Origin: Octopus sinensis
Taxonomy: Eukaryota
NCBI RefSeq assembly: GCF_006345805.1
Contig: NC_043001.1
Coordinates: 74,028,001-74,092,000 of the forward strand
Direction of reading: 5' to 3'
DNA length: 64,000 nucleotides
The notes beneath the pieces were generated by a model. The model had not been told where the DNA came from. It saw only the letters and a list, made by a program, of their open reading frames with translations, and did no database searches. The position numbers were made by a program, and so were the translations under genes. Below, piece after piece: positions 1-63,632 of this stretch; within the stretch, counting starts at the first letter, position 1, and each line of letters starts with the position of its first letter.

Positions 1-49794
<49,794 letters not shown>

Positions 49795-50345
49795 CTTCTT
49801 TTTTTAAACGAAAAAAAGAAAACAAACAAATATATATATGTATACATATATGTATATGAAATCAAACCACAGAAAGAATGATGAATATATTTCTTTCTAA
49901 ATTTAATTTTAATTTTTTTTTTTTTAAATTTAAAAGAAAAATAATTCGATTCTTCATGAGAGCTGTTGCCTATCTAATTTTGGTTAGATATAATGCATAA
50001 AGCCACTGTTTTCACCATCAACTAATCACACATCATTACTTGATCTCTGTCTTTACTTCTGGCTGCCTTACACACATACATAGAAATACCCACACTCACA
50101 CAGTTACCACACAGACATTTCAGTTAAGAAGAATGACCCCTCCCACTCTCTCTCTTTTTTTTTTTTTAAGTGCTTATTTTCCTTCCCCTAAATTCTGTTT
50201 GTAAAGGAAAGAAAAAGAAAAGATCAAAGAAATACATAGTTTGCTTCATCTGTATCAAACATACTCAACATTTTCTAGGCTGGAAATTTTGTTCATTGTT
50301 TTAGTCTTATCAGACTTTTATTTTAATTAAATAATATTGTAGATA

Positions 50346-51412
50346 AATAAAAGTCAGTTTGTAACAACTTTCCCTCAACTTAATCCCTTGAAATCCCTCT
50401 AATCCCTTAACAGAATACATTTACAACCAGTTATCTAATGGAGCCAAAACTTTTAGTTTTTTACAGATTTTTTAACAGATTTATTGTTTACTTTTAATAT
50501 TTATTCTGAAAATTAATAATGAGCAGGATAAAAGATTTTAAATTGCCCCTCCCCACTATTTTTGCTTTGATTGTTATTAGAATTTTCTAGAATATAATCT
50601 CTTGTTTGTTAGGCAAACAACAACAATAATAATAATAAGTTCTGTACCTAACAAACTAATTTTCTCTTAATAATGCATGCCTAGCAAAGTAGAAAGCCTT
50701 ATCTCTAAACACATCTTGTAAACATTATATGCTAAAAAAATTGTTATAATTTGAAGGTAGATCCAATTAGATGCTGGTGTCTTAACTAGGAAGTCATTTT
50801 AGTTTTCATGTTGCTCTGTTATTAAAACTCATTCATTATCATCTGTTTAATGAAACCACTGTTGAAAGTCACAGCTATTTGTGTTAATAACTATTAACTA
50901 GCTTAATTATTTAAGAAGAAAAAAAAGCACAAGCAACAAACATTTGTGTAAATATTACTGTACCTTAAGTCCCCCATCATATTTAGAAAGCCCCCCACCA
51001 TTATATATAGTTGTTTCCTGTAACCCTGTAAGGATTCTGTGTCTAAATTGAATATCTTGTTTTTATCTATTTTACTCAACGAAATCATAGTTTTCCTTTC
51101 TCATTTTCCTCTCTTTTCTTTGATATTTAAAAACAAAATAGTCATTTTAAGCTTCAATCCTTAGACACTAGGCCTACAAAAATATATGAAACTTAGTTTA
51201 AAAAATCAAAATCTACACTTAAAATGTCCAGTACTCCAATAAAACATTTTATTTTCAATTTTAACTCCCACTTTCTCAAAATTTCATTTAATTCAGAACG
51301 TAACTATCTCACATTTTTTTTTACTGTTTAATGAAAGAATTTATTATTAGTTTTAGCATTAGTTGATTTCTCTTTCTTTTCTCCTGTCATGTAATTTAAC
51401 ATCCAGAATAAA
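50346..51412 (+). terminator. Candidate polyadenylation signals (AATAAA at 50346, 51238 and 51407) in the presumed AU-rich 3' UTR
   Basis: Hexamers downstream of the stop codon. AATAAA is frequent in this AT-rich DNA, so the real site cannot be assigned. Confidence 0.25.
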
Positions 51413-52197
51413 CTATCTCATAGTTAAGTAATTTACAAAAATTATTTGACATTAATTAAAATCAAACCTTAGCAAAATTTTATAATTTTAACATGTCATC
51501 TATTATTATGACATTTGAGTCGTTTAAATTTTAATTTATTAATTAGCAAATACATCAATGAATATCTTTTCCCCCTCCTTTATTAGAAAAAAAAAATTAC
51601 TTTTTTTTAAAGAGTAAAGAATATATTTTGAAATTTATAACTCACCATTATTACTCTATTTTTTTTTCTTTTTCAAAAAGCACCATACTATGTGATGAAA
51701 TAACGTTATCACAGGATGTTCTAAGCAAACCATATATTTTTTTGGTCTTCATTGGGAAAACTGTAGTAATCTAGACTAGAAGACAATTATGACCAGCACT
51801 ACAGCATTACCCACTACTCTTTTAGTATTGCAGGGCTTTTCTCCAGGCGCACAAATTAAGAATTTACAAAATGAAAAATAATCCTATCCAATTGGTAACA
51901 TATTGCAGGTGTATAACAGTTTATATATATTCATGTATGTATATATATTTTATGTGTGTGTGTATATATATATAAATTTTTTGCAACAAAAGTTATAGCC
52001 ACCTTGGCATGGATGTCTTGTTAGAATGCTGGATACTATGTTATTAACCTTTCATATAGGAACATCGTGCCTTGTTTGCTACAGTTTTTGTCCATGCTTT
52101 GATGCCATGTGCCTATATGAGAGGACATCTCAAGGCTAATGATACAGTATTCAGTATTCTAATAAGATATCCATGTTAAGTTGGAAATAAAGTTTGC

Positions 52198-52235
<38 letters not shown>

Positions 52236-53275
52236 CATATATTTACATGCATACACACACACTCAATGTATGACTGGGTACTCAGCAAAATAACATAATA
52301 GACTATTGATTATATATTTATACACGCACATACGTGTGTGTGTGTATGCACTTTTACAAGTCTGAATATGTGTGTGCATGCATGTGTATAACTTTGTGTG
52401 TGTTTATATATATATATATGCACACACATACAGTAACTCAGTCTCCCCCCACTAAAAATGTATATATAAACTCTATAAATTCATGTGTTTATATAACATA
52501 TGATGCATGTTACTTTATATATATATACATATATATGTATATATATATGTATGTGAGTGTGTATATATGCACTTGTATGTATGATTGTATATGTGTGTAT
52601 ATATGTAAATTGATAACAATAATAATAATAATAATAATCTTATGAAAGCTCTATATAAAGTTCACTTTTTGCACACTTGGTGCCAAACTGGCTACAACCA
52701 TACTGTTGAGGTCCAGAATGATTGTCACTGCATCACCATCAGCTGCAGTAACACTTGCTTGATCAGATCTTAAAGAGAATAAATAAATAAACCTTCTACA
52801 TTTTTTATTGAAGTAATTTACCATTTTAATCATTAGGAAGTTGCAAAGAAATTTTGTAAAAATTATCTATGCAGACATTTGGAATTAAATGTGTTAAAAT
52901 TATGACTATGCATGTGTGTATATACACACATAAATGGATATATGTATGTAGGAGTGTGTGTGCTTACACATAAACAATTATTTAATATGTGTGGTTATGC
53001 ACAAAATATTGTAATTCATATATGTGTGTGTGTGTGTGTGTGTGTGCATGCTCCACACATGCGAGTTCCTTGAGATATGTTGGAATGATGTAAGTTATTT
53101 GTTTTTCAGTTTTAGTAACTATCATTAATCCCAAATCTTTTACTGTGGCATTACCTCCATGAATTCTCAACTGTTTTCATTGTTGCATAATGCATGCCCA
53201 CACACACACACATCTCTATGTAGGTATATGTGTAAAATATGTATACATACATATATATACACACATACACACACA

Positions 53276-53307
<32 letters not shown>

Positions 53308-53383
53308 CATACACATGTATGAATGTATTTATTTATGCTCTTATATGTATCTATATGTATATATTTATATATGTATAATTCTA

Positions 53384-53432
<49 letters not shown>

Positions 53433-54033
53433 CTTATGTCATCATTAGAGATAAAGTTGATGGCAAGTTTGCAGGTTGATGACAAGTTTGCAGGTTCAAA
53501 TCCATCCACTACATGCCATGGTCCTTTTTTTTTTTTCCTTAACTAACTGATCACTTACATGTGACATCAGTTTACTTAGCCGTCAAGACATGTGACCGAG
53601 TTATCTCTGATAGACTATACTCCTTTCCAGGGAGGAAGAGAGAGATTGCCTCTCTTCTATGCTACAGGTTCTGGAATAGGGTGTTGGCTCATTGCATGCT
53701 TGAGATTTGTGATACAATTAATTAACATTCTCCTTAAATGTTGTTATTCTGACAACATTGCTCTACAGTTCCAGATATTCCTTAGAGATTTGATCATTCT
53801 TCTTATTGATTTAGTTTGATATGTTTTCCATATACCATCTTCATTAGTTGGGTCTTTCTGAACTCTCAAATTGTTTTTGCTTTAGATTTTTTTTAAAATT
53901 TTCATTGAGCAATAATTACATTTTGTTTTACATTAAGGATATGTGTGTGTATGAATGTATGTGTGTGTACATACATGAATATTAATGTACTATGTATATA
54001 AATATATATTTTTATTACTCTGGATGGGACACA

Positions 54034-54094
<61 letters not shown>

Positions 54095-54095
54095 A

Positions 54096-54487
54096 CTTTT
54101 ACTCTTTTACTTGTTTCAGTCATTTGACTGCAGCCATGCTGGAGCACCACCTTTAATCGAGCAACTCGACCCGGGACTTATTCTTTGTAAGCCCAATACT
54201 TATTCTATCGGTCTCTTTTGCCGAACCGCTAAGTGACGGGGACATAAACACACCAGCATCGGTTGTTAAGCAATACTAGGGGGACAAACACAGACACACA
54301 AACACATATATATATATACATATATACGACGGGCTTCTTTCAGTTTCCGTCTACCAAATCCACTCACAAGGCTTTGGTCGGCCCGAGGCTATAGTAGAAG
54401 ACACTTGCCCAAGGTGCCACGCAGTGGGACTGAACCCGGAACCATGTGGTTGGTAATCAAGCTACTTACCACACAGCCACTCCTGCG

Positions 54488-54490
<3 letters not shown>
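54096..54490 (-). mobile_element. Apparently full-length, well-preserved tRNA-derived SINE family A (CORE-like; octopus OR-type as recalled)
   Basis: Minus strand AGGCGCAGGAGTGGCTGTGTGGTAAG (A box)..GGTTCAGTCCC (B box)..GGCACCTTGGGCAAGTGTC (CORE-like)..tail CAAGTAAAAGAGTAAAAG. Confidence 0.85.
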
Positions 54491-54532
<42 letters not shown>

Positions 54533-55146
54533 TATATATAAAAATCTTATGTCATCATTAGAGATAAAGTTGATGGCAAGTTTGCAGGTTGATGACAAGT
54601 TTGCAGGTTCAAATCCATCCACTACATGCCATGGTCCTTTTTTTTTTTTCCTTAACTAACTGATCACTTACATGTGACATCAGTTTACTTAGCCGTCAAG
54701 ACATGTGACCGAGTTATCTCTGATAGACTATACTCCTTTCCAGGGAGGAAGAGAGAGATTGCCTCTCTTCTATGCTACAGGTTCTGGAATAGGGTGTTGG
54801 CTCATTGCATGCTTGAGATTTGTGATACAATTAATTAACATTCTCCTTAAATGTTGTTATTCTGACAACATTGCTCTACAGTTCCAGATATTCCTTAGAG
54901 ATTTGATCATTCTTCTTATTGATTTAGTTTGATATGTTTTCCATATACCATCTTCATTAGTTGGGTCTTTCTGAACTCTCAAATTGTTTTTGCTTTAGAT
55001 TTTTTTAAAAATTTTCATTGAGCAATAATTACATTTTGTTTTACATTAAGGATATGTGTGTGTATGAATGTATGTGTGTGTACATACATGAATATTAATG
55101 TACTATGTATATAAATATATATTTTTATTACTCTGGATGGGACACA

Positions 55147-55205
<59 letters not shown>

Positions 55206-55206
55206 A

Positions 55207-55605
55207 CTTTTACTCTTTTACTTGTTTCAGTCATTTGACTGCGGCCATGCTGGAGCACCACCTTTAATCGAGCAACTCGACCCGGGACTTATTCTTTGTA
55301 AGCCCAGTACTTATTCTATCGGTCTCTTTTTGCCGAACCGCTAAGTGACGGGGACATAAACACACCAGCATCGGTTGTTAAGCAATACTAGGGGGACAAA
55401 CACAGACACACAAACACATATATATATATATATATACATATATACGACGGGCTTCTTTCAGTTTCCGTCTACCAAATCCACTCACAAGGCTTTGGTCGGC
55501 CCGAGGCTATAGTAGAAGACACTTGCCCAAGGTGCCACGCAGTGGGACTGAACCCGGAACCATGTGGTTGGTAATCAAGCTACTTACCACACAGCCACTC
55601 CTGCG

Positions 55606-55608
<3 letters not shown>
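55207..55608 (-). mobile_element. Duplicate of the full-length family A SINE (second unit of the tandem duplication)
   Basis: Near-identical to 54096-54490. Confidence 0.85.
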
Positions 55609-55650
<42 letters not shown>

Positions 55651-56218
55651 CTATATCTGTGATGTATGATATAGTTAAGTCTAACTTCTTCAATAGTATC
55701 CACACCATACATATCACATTACAAAGTAGCACTCTCTTGTTGCTGCTGCAACTAGTACTACTGCAGTAGCAGCAACGTGTTAACATGCTATTCTAAATTT
55801 CTCCCTACATAGATGTTACTGCTGCACAGTTGTTATTGTGCATATGCAGCTGTGCAGGACAGCAGTTTATACACATGTCACAGAAGTTTTGTGATATGTA
55901 AAACACATTAACTATCTCTCTTAGCTCTTTCTGTCTCTCTCATTATTATGAGACATTTCTCTCTGAGAACTTAGCGTCTCACTTTACAAAGTGAAACATC
56001 TGCAACTATCTCACCAACATCTCTCTCTTTTGCTTTCCTGTTTATTTTGAAACAAACAGTTGATTCTTAAAGTTTATATGTATTTATATATATATATATA
56101 TGTACAGATGTATGTATATATGAATGATAAGAATTTTCAATTATTTGTATGTGTATATTGAGTTAGGACTTGCATGTGTGTTATAGCATACATATTTATG
56201 TGTGTTTCAAAGAAGCTA

Positions 56219-56257
<39 letters not shown>

Positions 56258-57479
56258 TCAGCAGGTTTATAATTTACTTTGTAAAATGCTGTTTTTGGTG
56301 TGACATTAACAATTTCTCAGTGAGTCTTTTCTTTAAAATGGTCATTAGATACATTATATAACATAGCTGACTGAATGACTTTTGTGTGAGTTATTCTAGA
56401 GCCAGTGTGAGAGCCACTGTGTTATAATTCTACCTGTTAGAAATAGCAGCCGAATCTCCTGCAAATCACAGCTTACTGTCTTTTAGAGGAAGGTATATGC
56501 ATTGTATGGTGTAGTCAGAATATAAGACAGGGTGGTTATGGCTAGGACAGCTTTGATTTTAGATCCCAGTCAAGCCTGACTTGGAGGTTGAACAACAACG
56601 ACAACTTTATAGGGAACACACACTAAATGGATGAAGCTATCAAGTGAAGAGCATCTTCTTTGAATTGCAGCAGTGTTATACAGAGAATCACTATTCTTGG
56701 CTATATAAAATATAGAAGGTTTTTCTGCCACACCCTGTAGTTTAGAGCAGGAGATCTAAAATACCCGTAATCATATTGTTTTTTAACAACTTGCCAATCT
56801 CTTAAGATTTTTAAGATTTTCTTGTTTTGTTTTTTTTTAGCACTTAGTTATGAATGGTTCTGTTAAAATACACTGCATTTGTTTCAGTTAATTTTGAAAA
56901 TGAATCTAATAAAATAACTTTGGCACTATTAAAATGATATTTGAGCCATGAATTAGAACGAAACTTTAATGGCAAATTTTTTATTGAGATCACTTTTAAA
57001 CAGGAAGTTTGGATCATAGAACCAGGAGCAGTCTCGGGGGTGGGGTGGTATGAAAAGGGTTAGTCTATCACTCTAAACATACACATACATACAAACACAC
57101 ATATATGCATTAGAACTGTGGTGTCTGTCTCATTCCTTAATCTAAACCTCCATGTCTATAAAACAGGAAAGTAAGATGATAAAACCATACAACTAAATCT
57201 ATTTTATTGAGATGATAACTTGATATGTTTTGTTTCTTTGCTTTGTTACAACATAAGCAGAATCATAACATCTTGTAGTACTCTTCAATGTATTACTTGC
57301 TTTTCATTTAATTTGTTGCTCTCGCAGCTTTAATCAAAGTAAAATAAGTAAAAGGCATTTTACTGGGATGTTTTTTTTTTCTGTTTTTGTTAGAAACATA
57401 CTATCAGTTGGACTTTAAAATATACTGTTGGCTGTATTACTTTTCATCTCTACTTACATTTCTACACAAATGTATACGC

Positions 57480-57862
57480 ACATTTTCCACTGTCTTTTTA
57501 TATATCATATATGTATATATGGATATGTATTTGTATATAAGTGTGTGTGTGTGTTGTGTGTATATATATATGTACATATGTATGTATATATATACATGTA
57601 TATGTTTGTGTGTGTATATATATATATACATATATATATGTATGTATACATATATATACGTATATATATGTATGTATACATATATATACGTATATATATA
57701 TATATGTATACATATATACGTATGTATGTATGTATATATATATAAATATATATGTACATGTATGTATATATATGTACATGTATGTATATGTATATATACA
57801 TATGTATGTATATATACGTATGTATTTATATGTGTGTATATATATATATATGCTTTTATATG

Positions 57863-57900
<38 letters not shown>
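57480..57900. repeat. Long compound TA/TG/TATG microsatellite
   Basis: Low-complexity dinucleotide mosaic that produces the spurious Y/I/V/C/M ORFs. Confidence 0.95.
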
Positions 57901-57950
57901 GACAGTGTTTCGGCTGTTGGACTTACAGCCTTTGTAGTTCATCAGATTCA
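57901..57950 (-). ncRNA. Degenerate hammerhead-like motif
   Basis: Minus strand CUGAUGA ACUACAAA GGCUGU AAGUCCA ACAGCC GAAAC ACU GUC. Good stem II and GUC triplet, but an 8-nt insertion in the core and poor stem I. Confidence 0.4.
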
Positions 57951-60079
57951 CATCACACTATGCCACAGGTATTACATTGTGTCGTTGATCAAGTTCCATT
58001 ACATTATTGTTTTGCTGTAGTTAACCCATACATTCTCAGTTCCCTTCCTGATGAAATATTAAATAAACGAGTTGCTGGTGCTAAGAAGGGTTTCTGTCGA
58101 AGAGAAAGCACTTTTTGTTTCCTCCAAGAACAAATATCAGATATTTCAGATGTATTCAATCCATGCAGTCATCTAGAAATGTTTGGAAGTAAAATACTAA
58201 AATTTTAAAATATTAAAAAGAAAAAAAAAACAAAGAAATCATTTAGCTGTAAAATTTATTTATTTATTTATATTTTGTATCCAAGAAATAACAGCAACTA
58301 TAAAGCCAACACTTGCTGCTCACTCTTCAAAATATTTAATCATCCATAAATTGTGTAGATATTATTTTATTCAATTATCATTTCATATTATTATTATTAG
58401 GAAGGTGATGAGCTGGCAAAGCCATTAGAGTGTCTGGTAAAATACTTTGTAGTACTCTCTCCAGCTCATTACGTTCTGAGTTCTATTACCACTGGAATCG
58501 ACTTTGCTTTCCATCCCTATGGGGTTGATAAAATATAGTATCAGTCAAGCACTGTGGTTGATGTAATCAAATTGCCCCTCTCCTGAAAATTGCTGGCCAA
58601 AATTAGTGAGACTATATTATTATTATTATTATTATTATTATTATCCTGAGTTCATATTCCACCAGGGTTGACTTTGTCTTCTCTTCCTTCCAGGGGTTAG
58701 TAAGTATCAGTTTAAATACTGGGTCCATTTAATCATCACTGCTCTCCTTCCTCTGCCCCTTCCCCCTAACCCCAATATATGGCCCTCAATATCATAATTA
58801 ATAAGAATTTTACACGTTGTGTGTCAACAACTTTCTATAAACCTGAGTTGTTGACTCTCCTTCAGTTTGCAAGGTGTTTTAATGATGCATTTTAATGTCA
58901 CATTGTTTCAACCCTTGTAAAAAACATGAGTGCCAGCTTCTCTACAATCCCTATTCTCCAAAAGTCTCGCAATTTTCTAGCCTTCATGAATAATTATTTG
59001 ACTTTTTTTTTAGTTACTTATTTATGATTTCTACCATTAACTGGTAAAATTTCAATTTTACTGCCATTTTGTTGAAATTTTGTCAGTCAGAACTGCTGTT
59101 ATCTTTTTTTTTTTTTTTTATAATTCTGTCATAATTTCGGTTCAGTATTTCTTTTTAACTGTGTCTGTCTGTGTGTCAGACACAGGATATTTGTCAATTT
59201 CCCAAGTTTTTTCACAGTAACTAGTAAAAATGTTGTCAGAACACAGAGCTCTTTGACAATAGCTAGCACAATGCTTATCAGAAACCAGAGCTGGAAAAAA
59301 TTTACAGCTCATTGCATGTGAACTAGTTCCTTGGCTAATTAATATATCTTTGAATCCCACCGAATGCATGTTGCTCTCTCTCTCTCTTCCCCACTCCCTT
59401 CCTCTCTCTTTCTCTCTCTCTTATAACATTTATACTTTTCATCTGTATATAGATAGTGAGAGAGAAAGAGAGACAGTAAGAAAATATATCCACTAAAAAC
59501 CCCACTTTTCATTTCCAAACCATCATTTATCTTCTCCTCCCACAGAATCAACCTCATCACTTTCTTTCTATTTCCAGATAATGTATTAATAACAATTGCT
59601 TTTAACAATTTTTTTTTAATCTCCAGCTTTAAAAAAAACACAAAAAATAAACAAATTGCTTTTTCTAAAGACACAAAGAGAAACATATTTATTATTATTA
59701 TTATTATCATCATTATTATTATTATTATTACTATTATTATTATCTGCTTTTTTTTTTTTTTTTGAAATGTTGCAGAACTCTTCATTTATGTTCCTGCTTA
59801 GTATTACCGTGACCAGAGTTAGCGGTGGCTGTGGTTAACAGTAGGGTTTAGATTTTGACCACACTTCTACTGGTGAACTTTGTATATAGACCTTTTAAAA
59901 CAAGTGCTGTATAATGAATGGCTGGTGCCAAATTAAATAAAACAGTTATTGAAAAAATTAATAAAAGACTTCAGGGGTTTTTTATACTTTTCTTTTCTCT
60001 TTAACCTTTTAATGTTCATATTACTCTGTCAAATGTGATGCTTATTTATTCATATTGTTTTGAGTTAATCATGCATTAT

Positions 60080-60392
60080 TTCACTGATTTGACAAATACA
60101 ATGAACAGCTTGATTTTAATTTGTCTGGGTAATTTGGAGTTCCAGACTTCCTTTATTTTGTGACAGGCTGTCCATGCTTGTGCCTTCCTGATCTTGGTGT
60201 CTGCTTCCAAACTGCTCACCCAACCACCTAAGTACTTTGCATCAATGCTATTATATGGCAATGAAACATGGACACTGACAAAGAAATTATTAAATGGGCT
60301 AAATGGATGCCACTCAAGGATGCTAAAAATGCAGCATCCCAAATGTGAAATGGCAGTGACATAGGACAAATGAATGTATGTATATATATATA

Positions 60393-60423
<31 letters not shown>

Positions 60424-60698
60424 TCTTTTATGGAGACCTACTGAAAGTTAGCAGGAAAATCAGGCAAAGACGGCTGAAACTATCTTGTCACTGCATGCGC
60501 CACCCTGAACTGGAAGTATCCAAATTAGTCTTGTAGAACCCACTTCATGGTGGCGCAAGAAGAGGAAAACGTCACACATCAACAACTTGATTGCAGACAC
60601 TGGCCTGGACATCAAGGCAGTGATGATGGACTAAGAAGTGTGGCAGGTAGCCTTTGTTGCTGTGGCCCAGGTTGGAACCTGATAATAATGATAATAAT
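60080..60698 (+). mobile_element. 5'-truncated, 5'-inverted RTE-type LINE with 9-bp TSD (ATGCATTAT)
   Basis: Minus strand 60082-60237 encodes KYLGGWVSSLEADTKIRKAQAW..VWNSKL..KIKLF..VKSV. Plus strand from 60242 continues SMLLYGNETWTLT..YGDL.KVS.KIRQRRL.L..HC.RH. It ends in an (AAT/GAT)n tail; the TSD is at 60071-60079 and 60699-60707. Confidence 0.88.
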
Positions 60699-61019
60699 AT
60701 GCATTATCTCCTAGCCTCAATATGTTAATGATGTAATTATTTATGTTAAGAATACTACTGTAGGGTAGGTGTGAGAGGCCGGATCTGGTCAGTTTGAACA
60801 TGAAAGAGAAAATTTGAGCTTGACATTGCTTGTTTAAATACTAAAAGGTTAATGTCTGTCTTTCTCTCTCTCTCTCTTTTTGTGTGTGTGTGTGTCCCCC
60901 CCGGTGTACAGCTATAACTGCTGACTTGTTGAAGTTCATCCTATTTCAGGTCATAAATCCTCCCCCTCATCATTGTCATCTTCATTATTTACTGTCCATT
61001 TTTCTATGCTTGTATGGCT

Positions 61020-62060
61020 CAAATGGAAATTGTTGAGGCAGAGTTTCTGTGACCAGAAACCTTTTCTGACATAGCCCTCACCTATTTCCAATCATGGTAA
61101 CGTTTCCCCTTGGCTGGACATATTTTCCATGGAACACTGGACACAAACAACATCATTTGTACATCAATGATACTCATTTACAACCATCATGTGATATCTA
61201 GACAAGGGCATGCACACACACATTTAATTACAATGGGCTTCTTTCAGTTTCCATCTACCATATCCATTCACCAGGCTTTAGTTGGCTTAGGGCTATAGTA
61301 GAACTCGTTTGCTCAAAGCGCTGCTCCGTGGACTGATCCTAAGACCACATCGTTGGGAGGTAAGTTTCTTAACCACATAATCATGTCTATGAATAGATAT
61401 GTAGATATGATGATAAAAGTAATAGTAATGATGATGGTAGTGCTGGTGCTAGTGGTGATGATAACGATGATGATAAATTGACCTAAATAACAAATTAGTA
61501 GACACAAGATTTCAAGGGCTTTTGTATACCAGGGATGTGTAGAAAATTTCAAAATATGAAGAAATGGTCTGACAGGGAGTATTACTGAGTCCTGATGCTG
61601 AGAGAAGGGCTTCTCAGATTTCCTCAACTCATTTCCACAAATTCACGAGTCCTTGTCATCATCACCAATTTAATGTGCACTTTCCATGCTTGTGTGGATC
61701 TGACAAAATTCATTGAGGAAGATTTTCCCTGGATGTGTACTACTCCTGTTTCTTCAGCAAGCTAAAATTTCCCCTGAAAAATCTTCTGTAAAAGACATGT
61801 CCAGTACAATGGCTGGATATGTTTTTATAGAAGACTGCACATACAAAACTGCCTCTGTAACAGTGAAGTTTACAGTTAGTGTGCAATTTCAGATATGAAG
61901 ACGCACACACATATACATATATATTTATACATACACTCATGTGCATACGCACACATACACGCAATGAGCCTCTTTTGATTTCCAGCTACCAAAGTCACAA
62001 GGCTTTGATCAGCCTGGACGTCTGAACTCAAAGCAAACTTCTTAACCCATACAGCCTTGT
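61020..62060 (-). mobile_element. Two diverged family A SINE copies (about 61020-61385 and 61690-62060)
   Basis: Reverse-complement matches to the head, core and tail blocks of 1225-1668. Confidence 0.65.
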
Positions 62061-63576
62061 CTGTGCCTGTATAAAACAAGTCTTCTCAGCAATGGACCAC
62101 AGTTTAATTTTTTTTCATTTTTTTAGCTCCCTTTTTTAATGTTTTAGAGTCTTGGACACTGGCAAGCAAGATTCATGAACATAATTTAATTTCAAAGGAG
62201 TACTAATAGTTTCTGTTAAAAAAAATGTGTGGCAGGGAAATAAAAAGAACAAGTTTGTGAATATCATCTCTATGGAGATAACAATTCATTCTCATTCTCT
62301 CTCTTATAGATGAATAGTCATGTAGCTCATCTTCAGCAAGAACCTGCTCTACTCCAACCTCTATTCTCCTACCTTAACCACTACCTCCCATTAAGATGTG
62401 CCCACCACCACCACCACATCTTTGGATTTTGCAAACTTGTGACCTGCATGATGACCTCAATAGTGTTGGTGACACACAAAAAAAGCAGGCAGTACACACT
62501 GTAAAGTGATTGGTGTTATGAAGGGTATCCAGCCGTAGAAACCATGCCAAAGCAGATACAAGGATTATGCAGCTATTGAACCCATTTGTCAAACTATCCA
62601 GCCCAGGTCAGCATGGAACATGGAATGTGGATGATGGTGATGATGATTTCAGTTAAAATGATAGAATTGTCTCTAGAGGCACATATTGCTGATGAAGTTG
62701 TCATTTAAGCTCTATCACAGTTTAGTAACCAAGAGAAAGAATATAGAAAAAGAAAAAAAAACCTAAGAATTTTCTCAGAAAAATTTCAGAATTTATTTAG
62801 ATAGTTAACAAAGCGACATAAGGCAGTGAGTTGACAGAATGGTTAGCACACTGGTAAAAATGCTTAGCATCATTTCATCTGTTTTTATGTTCTGAGTTCA
62901 AATTATGACAAGGTCAGCATTAACTTTCATCTTCTTGTGGGGTTGATAAAATAAGTACCAGTTGAACACTAAGATTGATGCAGTCAACTTGCCCCTCCCT
63001 TGAACTTGCTGGCCTTGTGCCAAAATTTGAAACCAATAATAAAGTGACATAAGGCTGTTATCTCACAGACTTAAGGCATATATATATATATATAATTAAA
63101 GTGAAAAATGTTAGTATGAAATAATTTCTGTACATCTAGCTATCAGATTTTAGAAGTCAAATCTTCTGATATACAAATATCCTTTATGCTGTCATGTACA
63201 ACAGGCTAGAATTAATAGTCAAATCTTCCTCAAATCACAAACTCTCATCTTAAATAATTGAAATTAGATCATGTTGTCCTAGATATGAACTTTGTCTCAG
63301 AAATGACGGTCATTGATAAAACATGATTGATCGTAGTTCAGTTTAGGTTGGTCTGAGGTTAAACACAATAACATGGTCATAGCCAGGACACTTTGATGAT
63401 AGGTATGCTGGATCAGGAGTGACCTGGTGTTAAACAGCAACAACTTTTATCTCCAAATAACCCAAGAATTCACCCTCATATTGACAGCATTTACATCTAT
63501 CTTCATCATTCATCTGTCTTATCAAAATGTCTGTCACTCAGACTAGAAAAATCTTTTTATCAGTTCTTTAAATTCA

Positions 63577-63632
<56 letters not shown>

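Larger units (their letters stand above)
53427..55645 (+). repeat. Direct tandem duplication, about 1.11-kb unit x2, bounded by (TA)n
   Basis: Offset 1113 at the unit start. Copies differ by two substitutions (CTGCAGCC/CTGCGGCC, CCCAATAC/CCCAGTAC) and by homopolymer or microsatellite lengths. Confidence 0.95.

Noticed and set aside
54380-54490. tRNA-like sequence with A and B boxes
   Set aside because: It is a SINE head continuing into the SINE body, with no complete cloverleaf; not a tRNA gene.
55740-55865. Short GC-richer hairpins (TTGCTGCTGCA..TGCAGTAGCAGCAA)
   Set aside because: Explained by CAG/CTG-type simple repeats; too short and imperfect to call a miRNA precursor.
57387-58208. Longest ORF in the track (273 aa)
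   Set aside because: About two-thirds is translated TA/TG microsatellite, which lacks stops in these frames. No domain signal or exon context.
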